From Candidatus Binatia bacterium (GTDB taxonomy: Bacteria > Desulfobacterota > Binatia > Bin18), in contig CAXXHG010000021.1 of the NCBI GenBank assembly GCA_963666315.2, positions 96,001 to 160,000 of the forward strand: a DNA stretch of 64,000 bases. The letters run 5' to 3'. This document shows, one piece after another, positions 1-10,415 of the stretch (positions are counted from its first letter, which is position 1; the number at the start of each line of letters is the position of its first letter). Both the position numbers and the translations under genes were made by a program. The notes beneath the pieces were generated by a model, which had not been told where the DNA came from, searched no databases, and saw nothing but the letters and a program-made list of their open reading frames with translations.

Positions 1-1065
1 GATCTCGGCATTCACTGCAGTCGCTGAGTGGAGGATGTCAAAGGGACTGAGCACCTCACGTCGGATCAGGAACTCGCGGCATTGCTGGGCGTGTAAGACG
101 CCCAGCAGATCGGTTCCGAAACCTAGCTTAATCCCGGCGGCTTTGCACAGCTCAATAGAGGTGAGCCCAGCGGTCTGGATTTCTTTGAGCTTAGCAATAT
201 TGCTCGCAGGTAGGCCCAACTCCTGCCCCATTTCACCCAGGGTTTCATACGTGACAAGGGTTGGGACGACATACGCTCCCCGCTGGGCGACTAATTCTGC
301 CGTTGGTTGGTCAATCAGATTGGCATGCTCGATGGATCGCACCCCAAGCTTCACTACGCGGGCAATGGCCTCCGCAGTATACGCGTGCGCCATGACATAG
401 GTGCGCCGCGAGGCAGCTTCTTCGACCGCCGCGCGGATCTCCTCGTCCGAATATTGCAGCATCCACACCGGATCGGTTGGTGACGAGAGACCGCCTGTTG
501 CCATGATTTTGATCGGATGCGCCCCTTTACGCAGCTCTTCTCGGGCTGCTTTGCGAACGGCGTCCACCCCGTCGACTACCTGCGATAGGCTGCCCTGAAA
601 TCCACACCCGCAGGGCTCAAAATGCTTGACCGGACGTGTGTCCCCATGGCCGCCGGTTTGGCTCAAGGCGCGGCCTGAGAAAAATATGCGCGCCCCCTTG
701 ATCAGGCCCTGCTCAACCGCGGCGGCCAGTCCGAAATCCGCGCCAGCCGCGTCACGTACGGTGGTAAAGCCGCGTTGCAGCGCACTTTCTAAAAGCGTCC
801 GGGCGTGTTGACTCAGAAGGGACATCGGCCAATCGTCTAGGCTGGCGAGATTGACCTGGGCGGCATAGGCATGGAAATGGGCGTCGATCAGACCGGGCAT
901 AAGAAAACGGCCGCCCAGGTTTATTTCTTGGGCATTTGCGGTCTTGAGCGGACGATCGGAGATCTCCTTGATCTCCGGATCTTCGATATATACATCCGCC
1001 CCTTCTAGAAGCTCGGGACTGTGGCCATCGAAGATGACACAATCGTGTAGGACTATCGTGCTCAT
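1..1065 (-). CDS. Metal-dependent amidohydrolase (Amidohydro_1, Xaa-Pro dipeptidase-like); runs off the window start
   Basis: Not in the ORF track; translated by hand from ATG 1065 (AAGGAGG upstream): MSTIVLHDCVIFDG...LMPGLIDAHFH...RGFTTVRDAAG...IKIMATGG...VMAHAY...SIEHAN...FGTDL. Confidence 0.9.
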   Translation of the reverse strand, partial: MSTIVLHDCVIFDGHSPELLEGADVYIEDPEIKEISDRPLKTANAQEINLGGRFLMPGLIDAHFHAYAAQVNLASLDDWPMSLLSQHARTLLESALQRGFTTVRDAAGADFGLAAAVEQGLIKGARIFFSGRALSQTGGHGDTRPVKHFEPCGCGFQGSLSQVVDGVDAVRKAAREELRKGAHPIKIMATGGLSSPTDPVWMLQYSDEEIRAAVEEAASRRTYVMAHAYTAEAIARVVKLGVRSIEHANLIDQPTAELVAQRGAYVVPTLVTYETLGEMGQELGLPASNIAKLKEIQTAGLTSIELCKAAGIKLGFGTDLLGVLHAQQCREFLIRREVLSPFDILHSATAVNAEI

Positions 1066-1202
1066 GTCCGCCTCCTTCGCTTTTCCTCACCCTCCTACAA
1101 TGTTTTATTATGCATTGGAATGGTTATGGGTTGCGCTTGATACGTATTCCACACGACGGCTATCCAAAAACGCTGTCTGGCACTCTTCGGAGAAAAACCC
1201 AA

Positions 1203-1305
1203 ATGAAAATGGAACCGTTCAAAGATCCGAGCCATCTATTGGAGGTCGAACGCTTGGTCTACCATGCCCAGCGACCAGGATTTCGTATCGCCGAGCTGCA
1301 GCTTT
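1203..1305 (+). pseudogene. N-terminal fragment of a small cupin-domain protein
   Basis: MEPFKDPSHLLEVERLVYHAQRPGFRIAELQLS resembles a recalled cupin N-terminus; the similarity stops where the TolB-like frame begins. Confidence 0.45.
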
Positions 1306-2115
1306 CATCGCCGTACCACTCGTCCTATTCCACCTGTGAAAGAACAGGGGAGTCGAGCGCCTGGCTTTCGTTTGCTGCGGATAAGCGGGTCCTTCCCTTC
1401 GTTCGGCCCAAAGGGAGACGCACTGAGTTTCACACAAGACTTTCGCACGATTGCCCGCATGCGGATTGATGGCTCAGACCGTCTGGAGGTCTTCTCGCCT
1501 GCGTTCGCTCCGGCCTGGTATCCGCAAGGCAATACCATCGCCTTTACGAGAGGCCGAGTCTTTGCTGCCAGCAACACAGATAACGAAATCTATCTCACCG
1601 CCCCTGATGGTTCATATGTCCGCAATGTCACCCAGCATCCAGCAAACGATGCCCTGCCAAGCTGGTCCCCCGATAGCCAGCGGCTCGGTTTTCGCTCAAC
1701 CCGCGACGGGAACAAAGAGCTGTACATCATAGGGAAGGATGGGACAGGCTTGACTCGCCTGACCTCCTCACCAGGCACCGATACGTTTCCCCACTGGTCT
1801 CCTGGAGGCAACCGGATCGTCTTTACCAGCAACCGCAGCAGCGACTTTGAGATCTATACGATCCGGCCTGATGGCAGCGACCTCAGACAACTCACCCACT
1901 CACCAGGTCTGGACATGCATCCGCTCTGGTCACCTGATGGCCAGTAGATTTGTTTTGCCAGCGCCTGAGGCGGTTTTAAAGATGAACAGCCGCTCACTGG
2001 CAATCCACAGCCATACGGAGATCTCTACCTCATGCGGTCTGACGGCTCGGCGGTCCAGCCGCTCACCGACGATCAATTTGAAGACGGTACCCCCGGCTGG
2101 GCGCCCCTGCCGTAG
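1303..2115 (+). pseudogene. TolB-like PD40 beta-propeller protein, 5'-truncated, with in-frame stops
   Basis: Repeated PxWSPDG motifs; the frame continues past TAG 1945 and TGA 1966 (..ICFASA*GGFKDE..LYLMRSDGS..TPGWAPLP*) to 2115. Confidence 0.8.
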
Positions 2116-2485
2116 GGGGATGCCGGCAACGATAAGGGGGAAAGTAGGCCACTTGAAAGTGAAAGGGAAGTGATTCTCAAAACTTACCACTCCTGAAGTA
2201 ACAGTAAGTGAGAGATGAAGGGAAGGCGGTTGCGGCCGGCTCGCTGTCTGGTCCGCGATCTCGCTCGGCAGTTGGAACAATCCCGTATTTCTTGCCACTT
2301 ATGGGCAACAACCATAGCGAGGTGTATCTGTTTTAGTGGGTATCGTGTACCGTCCCGTCTCGCGATGCGGCCCAATTCCTGGCGAATCGTTGCCGTCGCC
2401 CAGAGGCGCGTGCCTGAGCACTACTTGTCCACCTGCGCAGCTGGGCATACCGTAAAGCTGGAATCCGACAAAGGAGGCTGGATCC

Positions 2486-3280
2486 ATGCTCACGCAGGAC
2501 CGATATCAGACGATTCTCATCGAGAAGGGTACGAGTGGCGTCGCGGTCGCGACCCTCAACCGCCCCGAGAAGCTGAACGCCATCAATGCAAGGATGCATA
2601 CCGAGCTGACCACGCTGACCCTCGACGCCGACGCCGACCCGGACGTGAAGGTTCTGCTCGTCACGGGGGCAGGGCGCGCATTTTGCGCCGGGGGTGACTT
2701 CAGCGGTCAGCAGGGGTCTCCCGTCACTGGCGGCGGACAGACGATGCGCGAAGCGCGACAGATCGTCGACAATCTTCTGGATTGCTCGAAGCCCGTCATT
2801 AGCGCGGTCAACGGCTATGCCATGGGACTCGGGGCGAACTTTGCGCTTCTGGCCGATATCGTGGTGGCGGCCCGTGGCGCGACGTTTGCCGATACCCACG
2901 TCCGCATGGGTATTGGTGCCGGTGACGGCGGGCAGGTGATCTGGCCGCTGCTCATGGGTGTGAATCGCGCCAAGTATTTCCTGATGACGGGCGATCGCCT
3001 TCCTGCAGAAGAGGCGGAACGCTTGGGGCTGGTCAATTTCGTCGTCGACGATGAGGAGCTCATGCCGAAGGCCATGGAAATTGCGGAGCGACTCGCCAGC
3101 GGACCGGCCCGCGCGATCTCGGCATCCAAGGTGCCCATCAACAAATACATCAAGATGGTCTCGAATCTGGTGCTCCCACTGTCTCTCAGCCTCGAAGGGG
3201 CAACTATGGGGACCGGAGACGCCCGCGAGGCGGCACAGGCTTTCAGAGAGAAGCGCGAGTCGAAGTTCACAGGAAGTTAG
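2486..3280 (+). CDS. Enoyl-CoA hydratase/isomerase family protein
   Basis: LNRPEKLNA, GRAFCAGGD, KPVISAVNGYAMGLG motifs; AAGGAGG RBS. Confidence 0.92.
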   Translation: MLTQDRYQTILIEKGTSGVAVATLNRPEKLNAINARMHTELTTLTLDADADPDVKVLLVTGAGRAFCAGGDFSGQQGSPVTGGGQTMREARQIVDNLLDCSKPVISAVNGYAMGLGANFALLADIVVAARGATFADTHVRMGIGAGDGGQVIWPLLMGVNRAKYFLMTGDRLPAEEAERLGLVNFVVDDEELMPKAMEIAERLASGPARAISASKVPINKYIKMVSNLVLPLSLSLEGATMGTGDAREAAQAFREKRESKFTGS

Positions 3281-4137
3281 TGAACCGCCCTTCCTTGAAA
3301 TTGTGGAAGAAAGGCGGCGTACGTATCGAGCAGCGGCATAACGGTGTCTGCCGACTCAGGCGGCAGGAAAAAAATAGCTCGTTCGACTCCCATGTCCTGA
3401 TACTGCTGCAAAACGGTTGCATCATCCGGGGCCATAAAGATCGAAACAGACAGGTCGTCTACCCGCCGACCAGCTTGCTCGGCCTGACTGCGGAGCTTGT
3501 GTATCGCTCCCGGCAAGTCTTGCACTGTCGCGCCAACCGGCAGCCAGCCGTCGCAATAATTAATTACGCGGTGCAGTCCGGCGGAGAAGAGAGTGCCCAG
3601 AAGAATAGGCGGGTAGGGCTGCTGGATGGGCTTCGGGTAGGCCCAGATCGGGTCAAAGTCCACGAACTCACCATGATACTCAGCTTCATCCTGAGTCCAA
3701 ATCACTTTCATGGCTTCAATTTTTTCACGCAGAATCTTCCAGCGCTGATGAAACGGAACACCATGATTTTCCATCTCCTCGGCATTCCAGCCACCTCCAA
3801 TACCAAATAAAAAACGGCCATTGCACAGTTGATCGAAAGACGCGACCTCTTTGGCCAACATGATAGGGTCACGTTGTACAGCGAGACAAACACCACTGCC
3901 GAGTTTAATCGTCTTTGTGGCTGCCGCTGCGAGAGTGAGGGCAATAAAAAGATCGTGCGTATGCGCATACTCCTGAGGCAGTTCACCGCCCGTGGGCACA
4001 GGCGAACGTCGACTCGTAGGAATATGGCTATGTTCGGGAAACCAGAGTGACTCAAAACCGCGCTCTTCACACGCCAGGGCTAAGTCATTAGGCCGCATAG
4101 AGTAATCGGTCGGAGACATGGTGACACCGAGTTTCAT
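3277..4137 (-). CDS. LLM-class F420-dependent oxidoreductase (Rv2161c-like)
   Basis: GFESLWFPEHSHIP, RDPIMLAKEVAS, GIGGGWNAEE, PKPIQQPYPPI. Confidence 0.9.
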   Translation of the reverse strand: MKLGVTMSPTDYSMRPNDLALACEERGFESLWFPEHSHIPTSRRSPVPTGGELPQEYAHTHDLFIALTLAAAATKTIKLGSGVCLAVQRDPIMLAKEVASFDQLCNGRFLFGIGGGWNAEEMENHGVPFHQRWKILREKIEAMKVIWTQDEAEYHGEFVDFDPIWAYPKPIQQPYPPILLGTLFSAGLHRVINYCDGWLPVGATVQDLPGAIHKLRSQAEQAGRRVDDLSVSIFMAPDDATVLQQYQDMGVERAIFFLPPESADTVMPLLDTYAAFLPQFQGRAVH

Positions 4138-4296
4138 ACCTACATCCTTAGTGGGCCAGATTATCCTGCTAAAGGGTAGAGATTGTCAAATGCTGTAGCA
4201 TTTGCAACAACCGTGAGAACCTAATTGACACGGCTCTCTGAATGGCTGACTCTTTTTTCAGAGGTTGGATTTTACTCCGGGAAAAGAGGGCTTCGC

Positions 4297-5211
4297 ATGA
4301 CAGCGCGTCACACACTCGTCGTCACAGTTTGCGGACTAGGCCTGCTCATTGGTGCCGGTGCACTGGGCCAGCATTTTGCTTCTGAAACACCAGGTGAGCC
4401 TGGGAATGAGCAGGCTAGTCAGATGCTGCTCTCTCCCTCTCCTACAGCTTCTGCCTTGTCTCAACCGCTACCAGGAAAGCCCGTCGAGTCGGCTGCCGCT
4501 GCGCCATCTTCTGAGCAGACCTCCTTGCAAACACGCCGTCTAGAGGAACGCTTAGCCGCTCTCACCGATTAAGTGGCTATTTTGACACAAACCGTCTCTC
4601 GTCTGGACCGAGCAGCGACACAACGGGCACAACGTCCTTCCCGCCAGGTCGATGCTGCGAGGTTGACTGCCGCCGGGTTCGACCCCGCAACTGCTGCGAC
4701 TCTCGTCAAACAGCTGAATCAGTCTGCCTTGGATAAAATGTATTTGCGCGACCAAGCGATGCGAGAAGGGTGGCTGGGTACGGAAAATTATCAGGATGGC
4801 GCGCTGAACTACAGCAGGAGGCTGAGGCTCTGTGGGCTGAGCTTGATGAGCGTGACCATGACCGCCTCCTGTATGCCACGGGTAAATCCAACCGTGTCAC
4901 TGTGGAATCCGTGATCGGTGAGTCCGCGGCTGCGTGGGGGGCGGCTTCAGGCCGGAGACCGTATTCTGCGCTATGCAGGCGGGCGGGTGTACGGATGGTC
5001 AGACCTGTGCCAGGCCAGCTCAGCGGGTGAGGCCGGTGCTCTGGTACCCATCCAAATTGAACGTGATGGCCGCATCCTCGACTTGTCGATTGAGCGTGGT
5101 CCTTTAGGTATACGGCTGGGTGTCGAGTCGGTTCATCCTGAGGCGGGTTTTGAGTCGCCCCAGTGCGTGCATTTCAAGAGGAAGCGGAAGGCCAAACTTA
5201 GCCTGACGTGA
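4297..5211 (+). pseudogene. Membrane-anchored PDZ-domain protein, disrupted
   Basis: N-terminal TM segment, in-frame TAA at 4570, two frameshifts, then NRVTVESVIGESAA / LQAGDRILRYAG..GPLGIRL PDZ motifs. Confidence 0.7.
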
Positions 5212-5686
5212 TAAGCGGCTCGGCTGACACAATGATGCCGTTATTATCGGCATACACAAACTCGCCCGGACGAAAGGTGACTCCTCCGAAAGTGACGGAG
5301 ACATCCCGGTCGCCAACGCCGCGTTTCTTTGTTCGTACGGGGATGACGCCGAGCGCTTGTACTCCAAGATCCAATGCTCGGATGGCATCCACATCACGGA
5401 TGCAGCCAAAGATAATACACCCCTCCCAGCCGTTCCGGAGTGCAGTGGCCGCAATCATATCGCCGAGTAAAGCACAGCGCATGGAGCCGCCCCCGTTCAC
5501 AACCAATACTTTCCCTAGACCCGGCTTCCCGGCGGTTTCTTTCACCAGGGAATTATCTTCATGACACTTGACGGTCACAATCTCGCCGCCGAAGCAGACC
5601 TTGCCGCCGTAATTCGTAAACAGCGGTTCAACAATACGGACGAGATCCGGGTGCGCGTCACACAGATCTGTGGTCAGGAATTGCAT
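5198..5686 (-). CDS. rraA: RraA family protein (RNase E regulator / HMG aldolase-like)
   Basis: [47 protein letters not shown]. Confidence 0.9.
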   Translation of the reverse strand: MQFLTTDLCDAHPDLVRIVEPLFTNYGGKVCFGGEIVTVKCHEDNSLVKETAGKPGLGKVLVVNGGGSMRCALLGDMIAATALRNGWEGCIIFGCIRDVDAIRALDLGVQALGVIPVRTKKRGVGDRDVSVTFGGVTFRPGEFVYADNNGIIVSAEPLITSG

Positions 5687-5764
5687 AGGGATCGGCTTCT
5701 CGCAATCCTCCGCCGCTTAGAGCACAAGCAGTTGTATGTGTATAGGGTGCTGACTCGGAGAAAC

Positions 5765-5800
5765 CGCTCACCCGTGCCGTTCACGCGGCACGGGTGAGCG
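5765..5800 (-). terminator. Hairpin, probable intrinsic terminator
   Basis: 15-bp perfect stem CGCTCACCCGTGCCG/CGGCACGGGTGAGCG downstream of 5835-6341, followed by GTTT on the minus strand. Confidence 0.6.
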
Positions 5801-5834
5801 TGAAGAGACTTGGTAAAGCCCCATACAAACTGTT

Positions 5835-6341
5835 TCAGGCGGCTTTTCTGCGACTCCCACGGGTTTTGGCTGTGGCTCTCTTTTTCGCGGCCCGCTTCGC
5901 CTTGGCCTTGGCCCGCTTCTTCTTCGCCTCATCTACCATCAACTGAATGGCCCGCCAGTCCAGCACATGGGCAATATTGCCATTCTCGTCGTGGAAGCCG
6001 ACCGGGCCGTAGACGTTGGCCAGATAGACCGTATCAACCGGATGTGAGGTCGCTTCATGCACGGCGCCTGCTGGTTCGTAGACCCAATCTCCAGCTCGGG
6101 CGGACCCGCCCCGATAGTCAAAGCCGCCAGAGATGACGTAAAAATCGGCCGGGCCTAAATGCGTATGGGGCGGGTTCACTTGCCCCTTTTTGGCTCTGAT
6201 GAGGGCACTCCAAGCGCCCGTCTCTTTACTGATCCGCAGCACTTTAAATTCATTCCCATCCCCACTTTGGATCCATGGCTTTTTGTCCGTACGGATCAAA
6301 GCCGAATCCAGTGGATCAAATACCTGCTTGGCTGTAGCCAT
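5835..6341 (-). CDS. ChrR-like cupin (dihydroxyacetophenone dioxygenase-like) with Lys/Ala/Arg-rich C-terminal tail
   Basis: PPHTHLGPADFYVISG and GDWVYEPAGAVH cupin motifs; tail AKKKRAKAKAKRAAKKRATAK. Confidence 0.8.
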   Translation of the reverse strand: MATAKQVFDPLDSALIRTDKKPWIQSGDGNEFKVLRISKETGAWSALIRAKKGQVNPPHTHLGPADFYVISGGFDYRGGSARAGDWVYEPAGAVHEATSHPVDTVYLANVYGPVGFHDENGNIAHVLDWRAIQLMVDEAKKKRAKAKAKRAAKKRATAKTRGSRRKAA

Positions 6342-6517
6342 TGTGTGTTCCTCCCTTAGCGTTCAATTAGCCCGGCATTCTAGAGGGGTAGGGTGAGAGC
6401 GCGCAAGGGGTACGAGGCCGACACGACTCCTGATTTGTCTGCCGGAGTGCCAGAGTGCTGGAGTGGCCGAGTGAATGTATCAATGTGTCTTGGCTGCTGC
6501 CCTCACTCCGTGTCATC

Positions 6518-7141
6518 TCAGACGCTGTCGCATATCGTCTGTATGCGCGCTTGAACATCTTTGCCCACCAGCTGTGCGCTGCCCGCTGCGGTCACATACA
6601 CCTGCGAAGGCCCGTGCGATGCTCGCCCCGGCATAAAAATGGAAATGAGGTAGAGCTGCTTGCCTGACTCTGGCAATGCTTCCTTTGATTTGCCTCCCTG
6701 CGTAGCATGGAGCATGCGTAAATGCTGAAGATGCTCGCCGAGGCTACGCTGAGCGCTGCGGGCCTCAGCCTCTAAGAGCGCGCAAGCGGCTCTATTATTG
6801 GGCCGATTCCTTCCCAGCGAGACGACAAGGGGGGGCGACGTCCGGCTCGCTTTAGAGCTGGCATAGCGTGCTGCGTAGACAACCACCCTATCCGCACTGG
6901 CTGGGTCGCCACTCTTTTTGAGGTCGTTAATCAGACCCGCTATTTCATCCGCCATATCTGACAGCTCATTGCGAGTGTGGGTCAGTTGGATCAGGACAGG
7001 GACAGCCTCGTTGATCAAAAATGTGATGTGACCCCGTCCGAGATAGCCAAGCACGGCGCCGCCCAGCATAAGCATGGCCGACCAAAGAAAACGACTTCGC
7101 TTTTTCGGTTGGGCCAGGGGAAAGACTTGCTGTTCACTCAT
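6518..7141 (-). CDS. Hypothetical protein with N-terminal membrane anchor
   Basis: 207-aa ORF; KKRSR followed by a hydrophobic segment; no family recognised. Confidence 0.5.
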   Translation of the reverse strand: MSEQQVFPLAQPKKRSRFLWSAMLMLGGAVLGYLGRGHITFLINEAVPVLIQLTHTRNELSDMADEIAGLINDLKKSGDPASADRVVVYAARYASSKASRTSPPLVVSLGRNRPNNRAACALLEAEARSAQRSLGEHLQHLRMLHATQGGKSKEALPESGKQLYLISIFMPGRASHGPSQVYVTAAGSAQLVGKDVQARIQTICDSV

Positions 7142-7404
7142 GCGGTCTTGCTGCGGTCTGCGCCATGCGTGTCACAAGAGTCACTCGGCGGCGAGCCGGA
7201 TGACCCTTACTCTCTCTTTAGCTTGCACGTTTATACAAATTCTTTCAACAATGCATTGGCTTTGCCCGGGCAGCCGTGTCTTCAATGTGTGACAAGAGCG
7301 GAGCGACGCAAGGCAGAATCATCTCCGGAGCGTCTTTACTCAGTGAGCCAATCCAGCATAAGTTTACAGGGATCAGTTTGTCTGCTGACGAGGGGGGCGA
7401 GATA

Positions 7405-8532
7405 ATGCAGAACCGTTTTGTCATCATCGGGGCAGGGATGGCTGGTGCATCGGTCGGCTACTGGTTGTCTCAGCATGCGGACGTCCTGGTACTGGAGCGT
7501 GAGAGCCAGCCGGGCTATCACACGACCGGCCGCTCAGCGGCGATGTTCATTGAAACCTACGGCCCACCGTTGGTCCGGGCGCTTACCGTGGGTAGCCGAC
7601 CATTCTACGAAGCTCCACCTCCGGGTTTCACTGAACAGCCTATCCTCACCCGGCGTGGTGTACTCCAAATCGGCGACCAAGCGCACCAAGCTCTGCTCGA
7701 TAAATGCTATGCTATTGCTCGCGACGTGGGTTCCGAGGTGTATCGCCTGTCGCCATCCGAAGCCCTGGCTCACGTGCCGGTGTTACGCGCCGAGCGCTTA
7801 GCCGGGGCAATTTACGAACCGGATCCAACTGACATCGACGTGCATGCGTTACACCAGGGGTTTCTGAAAGGCATCAAGCAGCATGGCGGCGAGATCATGA
7901 CATCGGCAGAAGTCACGGAGCTCGCCCACAAGAACGGAGTCTGGCAGATTGCAACAACTGCGGGCGTCTTCACGGCCGCGACGCTCATCAATGCCGCCGG
8001 TGCTTGGTGTGACGAGACTGCCAAGCTGGCCGGTATCCCGCCGGTCGGACTCGTGCCCAAACGCCGCAGCGCGTTCATATTCGCCCCACCCGAGAACGTG
8101 GACGAGATAGCCCAGTGGCCGGTGGTTGTGGCAGTCGACGAGTTGTTCTATTTCAAGCCAGAGGCAGGCATGCTGCTGGGCTCGCCGGCTAACGCCGACC
8201 CGATGGTGCCGCATGACGTCCGGCCCGAGGAAATCGATATTGCAACCGGGATATTTCGGATTGAAGAAGCCACCAGCATGACGATCCGCCGACCGACTCG
8301 AACCTGGGCGGGCTTACGCTCCTTTGTTCCTGACGGGGAGTTGGTTGGCGGGTTTGATACAGCGGCACCGAGGTTCTTTTGGCTGGCCGGCCAGGGTGGC
8401 TATGGCATCCAGACCGCAGGGGCTATGGGCCAGGCGTGCGGTGCCATACTCCTCGGCCAGCCCATGCCCGAGCCTCTTGCCGCGCTGGGGATCTCGGCCG
8501 AACGGCTGTCCCCGCAACGATTGCGTGGCTGA
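7405..8532 (+). CDS. FAD-dependent oxidoreductase, DAO family (D-arginine dehydrogenase-like)
   Basis: IIGAGMAG, YHTTGRSAA, INAAGAW, WAGLRSF, GQGGYGIQT; ATG 7405 after GAGGGGG. Confidence 0.9.
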   Translation: MQNRFVIIGAGMAGASVGYWLSQHADVLVLERESQPGYHTTGRSAAMFIETYGPPLVRALTVGSRPFYEAPPPGFTEQPILTRRGVLQIGDQAHQALLDKCYAIARDVGSEVYRLSPSEALAHVPVLRAERLAGAIYEPDPTDIDVHALHQGFLKGIKQHGGEIMTSAEVTELAHKNGVWQIATTAGVFTAATLINAAGAWCDETAKLAGIPPVGLVPKRRSAFIFAPPENVDEIAQWPVVVAVDELFYFKPEAGMLLGSPANADPMVPHDVRPEEIDIATGIFRIEEATSMTIRRPTRTWAGLRSFVPDGELVGGFDTAAPRFFWLAGQGGYGIQTAGAMGQACGAILLGQPMPEPLAALGISAERLSPQRLRG

Positions 8533-8662
8533 CATTTGTCAGCGGACACCCGAAAAGATTGACATGTGAGTTGTTGCCACCGTATAGCATACCTCATCTA
8601 TCGCTTCCCACGGATCGATTTGAGCATTTGATCAAGAAATTCAAACCGAAATGGAAAAGGAC

Positions 8663-9482
8663 ATGAGCTACTACGACCTCGGCGCATTGAAACGAAGCAT
8701 CACCACCCATTCTCCGGAGGCCCAGTTATGGTTCGATCGGGGGCTTAACTGGTTAACCACCAGGAGGCGATTGAATGCTTTGCAAAGGCGATTGAAAACG
8801 ATCCAACGTGCGCCATGGCGTATTGGGGTGTCGCCTATGCCCCTGGTCCTAATTATAACCTACCATGGGATCTCTACGATCTCTACGATCCGGCTGGCAA
8901 GGCGCAGGCGTTTGGCGCGGTTTACGACGCGACGCAGTTGGCGCTGTCACATGCTCATAGCGCAACGGCGCTTGAGCAGGATTTAATCCGTGCATTGCCT
9001 GTGCGCTATCCACAGCGCAACCCGATCGAAGACCAATCAGGCTGGAATGACGATTTCGCCGACACCATGCGCAGTGTGTACGAGGCGTATCCGGACGACC
9101 CCGACGTGTGCACGATCTTTGTCGAAGCGATCATGAACCGAACCCCGTGGCGGATGTGGGACCTAAAAAGCGGCGGCATTGCACCAGGCGCCGGTACGGC
9201 CGAGGCTGTAGAGGTGTTGGAGAAGGCGTGTGCTAACATTCCGGCATCTTGGGACCATCCAGGCCTGCTACATCTTTACGTCCATCTGATGGAGATGTCC
9301 CCGTTCCCACAGAAAGCGTTGCGTGCGGCGGACCAATTACGCGAATTGGTTCCGGATGCCGGGCATCTCATTCACATGGCGACGCATATCGACGTGCTCT
9401 GCGGTCAGTATCATGATGTGGCGGTGTATAACGAGAAGGCAACCATCGCCGACCGGAAATACCTTGAGCGCGCAGGCGCCCG
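8663..9482 (+). pseudogene. TPR-like protein, frameshifted and 3'-truncated
   Basis: YYDLG..AQLWFDRGLNW then frameshift to CAMAYWGVAYA.GPNYN, HPGLLHLYVHLME, PDAGHLIHMATHID; similarity ends near 9482. Confidence 0.7.
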
Positions 9483-9655
9483 GAACAGCAGGGCTGGCTC
9501 GCTTCGCTCGTTCACGTCAACTCCCGGCCCGGTAATCCTGGACGTTAGATGGCTTTGATTCATACCAAGGACTGTAAGCCACGTTGACTTATCAAAATTG
9601 GCTCAATCACCACTAGACAACGTCCAGCTAGACTGGAGTGTGACATGCAGCCGCC

Positions 9656-10405
9656 TCAGCCTGGCAGTACGCATTCCTGATACACCCCCCGGGCGCCCAT
9701 CTCGCACTCAACCCCCACCACCGGCGGACGGGCGTAGTGCCAGCGTAGTCCGTAATGACTCCCGCTCGCCACAGCTGGTAACAACACTGTTTCAAGCAAG
9801 GGATGAATATTGTGAACGGTATACAGCTCGACGGCCGTGACATCCGTCCAGGCGACTGTCAGCTGCTGTAAGCGGGCTTCCAGAGTTTGGAGGATATACT
9901 GTATTTTTTGGCTGAGACCCTGGACAGACACATCCCCGTGGCTCACGATTTCAGACCCTTTTTCAGACCGCCGGATTTCGGCAGCCCCAGACAGGAGAAA
10001 CGTGGGGCGGTCGTGGTCCGTAGGAACAGTGTAGGAAAACCCGTACACTGACGGTTCAGCCACGGGCTGCACAGCAAGGGCGACATTGGTCCGCGCTGTA
10101 GGGTTGAGACCGTCCACGAGGATGTTCCAGTCTACAAGTCGCTTGGTATACGGCGCATTAAACTCAGTAAACCCCTGGGCGGAGAGCGGCTGCGGGATGC
10201 GCAACTCCAGCCCACACAGTGCCTGAATAGGCCGCGCGAAATGTTGGAGGTGACGCGCAATCAAATCATAGCCTTTTTCTAGGGCAGGCAGCGGATGAAA
10301 GGTGGCATGCACAATCTCGTAGCCGGGCAGGGCGCGACATCCCGCAGAAAAAGGGCCAGCACTTTTGATGAATGTGTAATTGCCGCTGGGCTGCTCGATG
10401 ATCAT
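9656..10405 (-). CDS. CnbZ-like 2-amino-5-chloromuconate deaminase homologue
   Basis: GNYTFI..PFSAG..A.PGYEIVH, LCGLELRIP, NPTARTNVA, PTFLLSGAAE, WHYARPPVVG match the recalled CnbZ family pattern. Confidence 0.65.
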   Translation of the reverse strand: MIIEQPSGNYTFIKSAGPFSAGCRALPGYEIVHATFHPLPALEKGYDLIARHLQHFARPIQALCGLELRIPQPLSAQGFTEFNAPYTKRLVDWNILVDGLNPTARTNVALAVQPVAEPSVYGFSYTVPTDHDRPTFLLSGAAEIRRSEKGSEIVSHGDVSVQGLSQKIQYILQTLEARLQQLTVAWTDVTAVELYTVHNIHPLLETVLLPAVASGSHYGLRWHYARPPVVGVECEMGARGVYQECVLPG

Positions 10406-10415
10406 GGGGGCTCCT

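Noticed and set aside
8869-8890. 9-bp duplication GATCTCTAC
   Set aside because: In-frame, inside an already dead gene; no functional implication.
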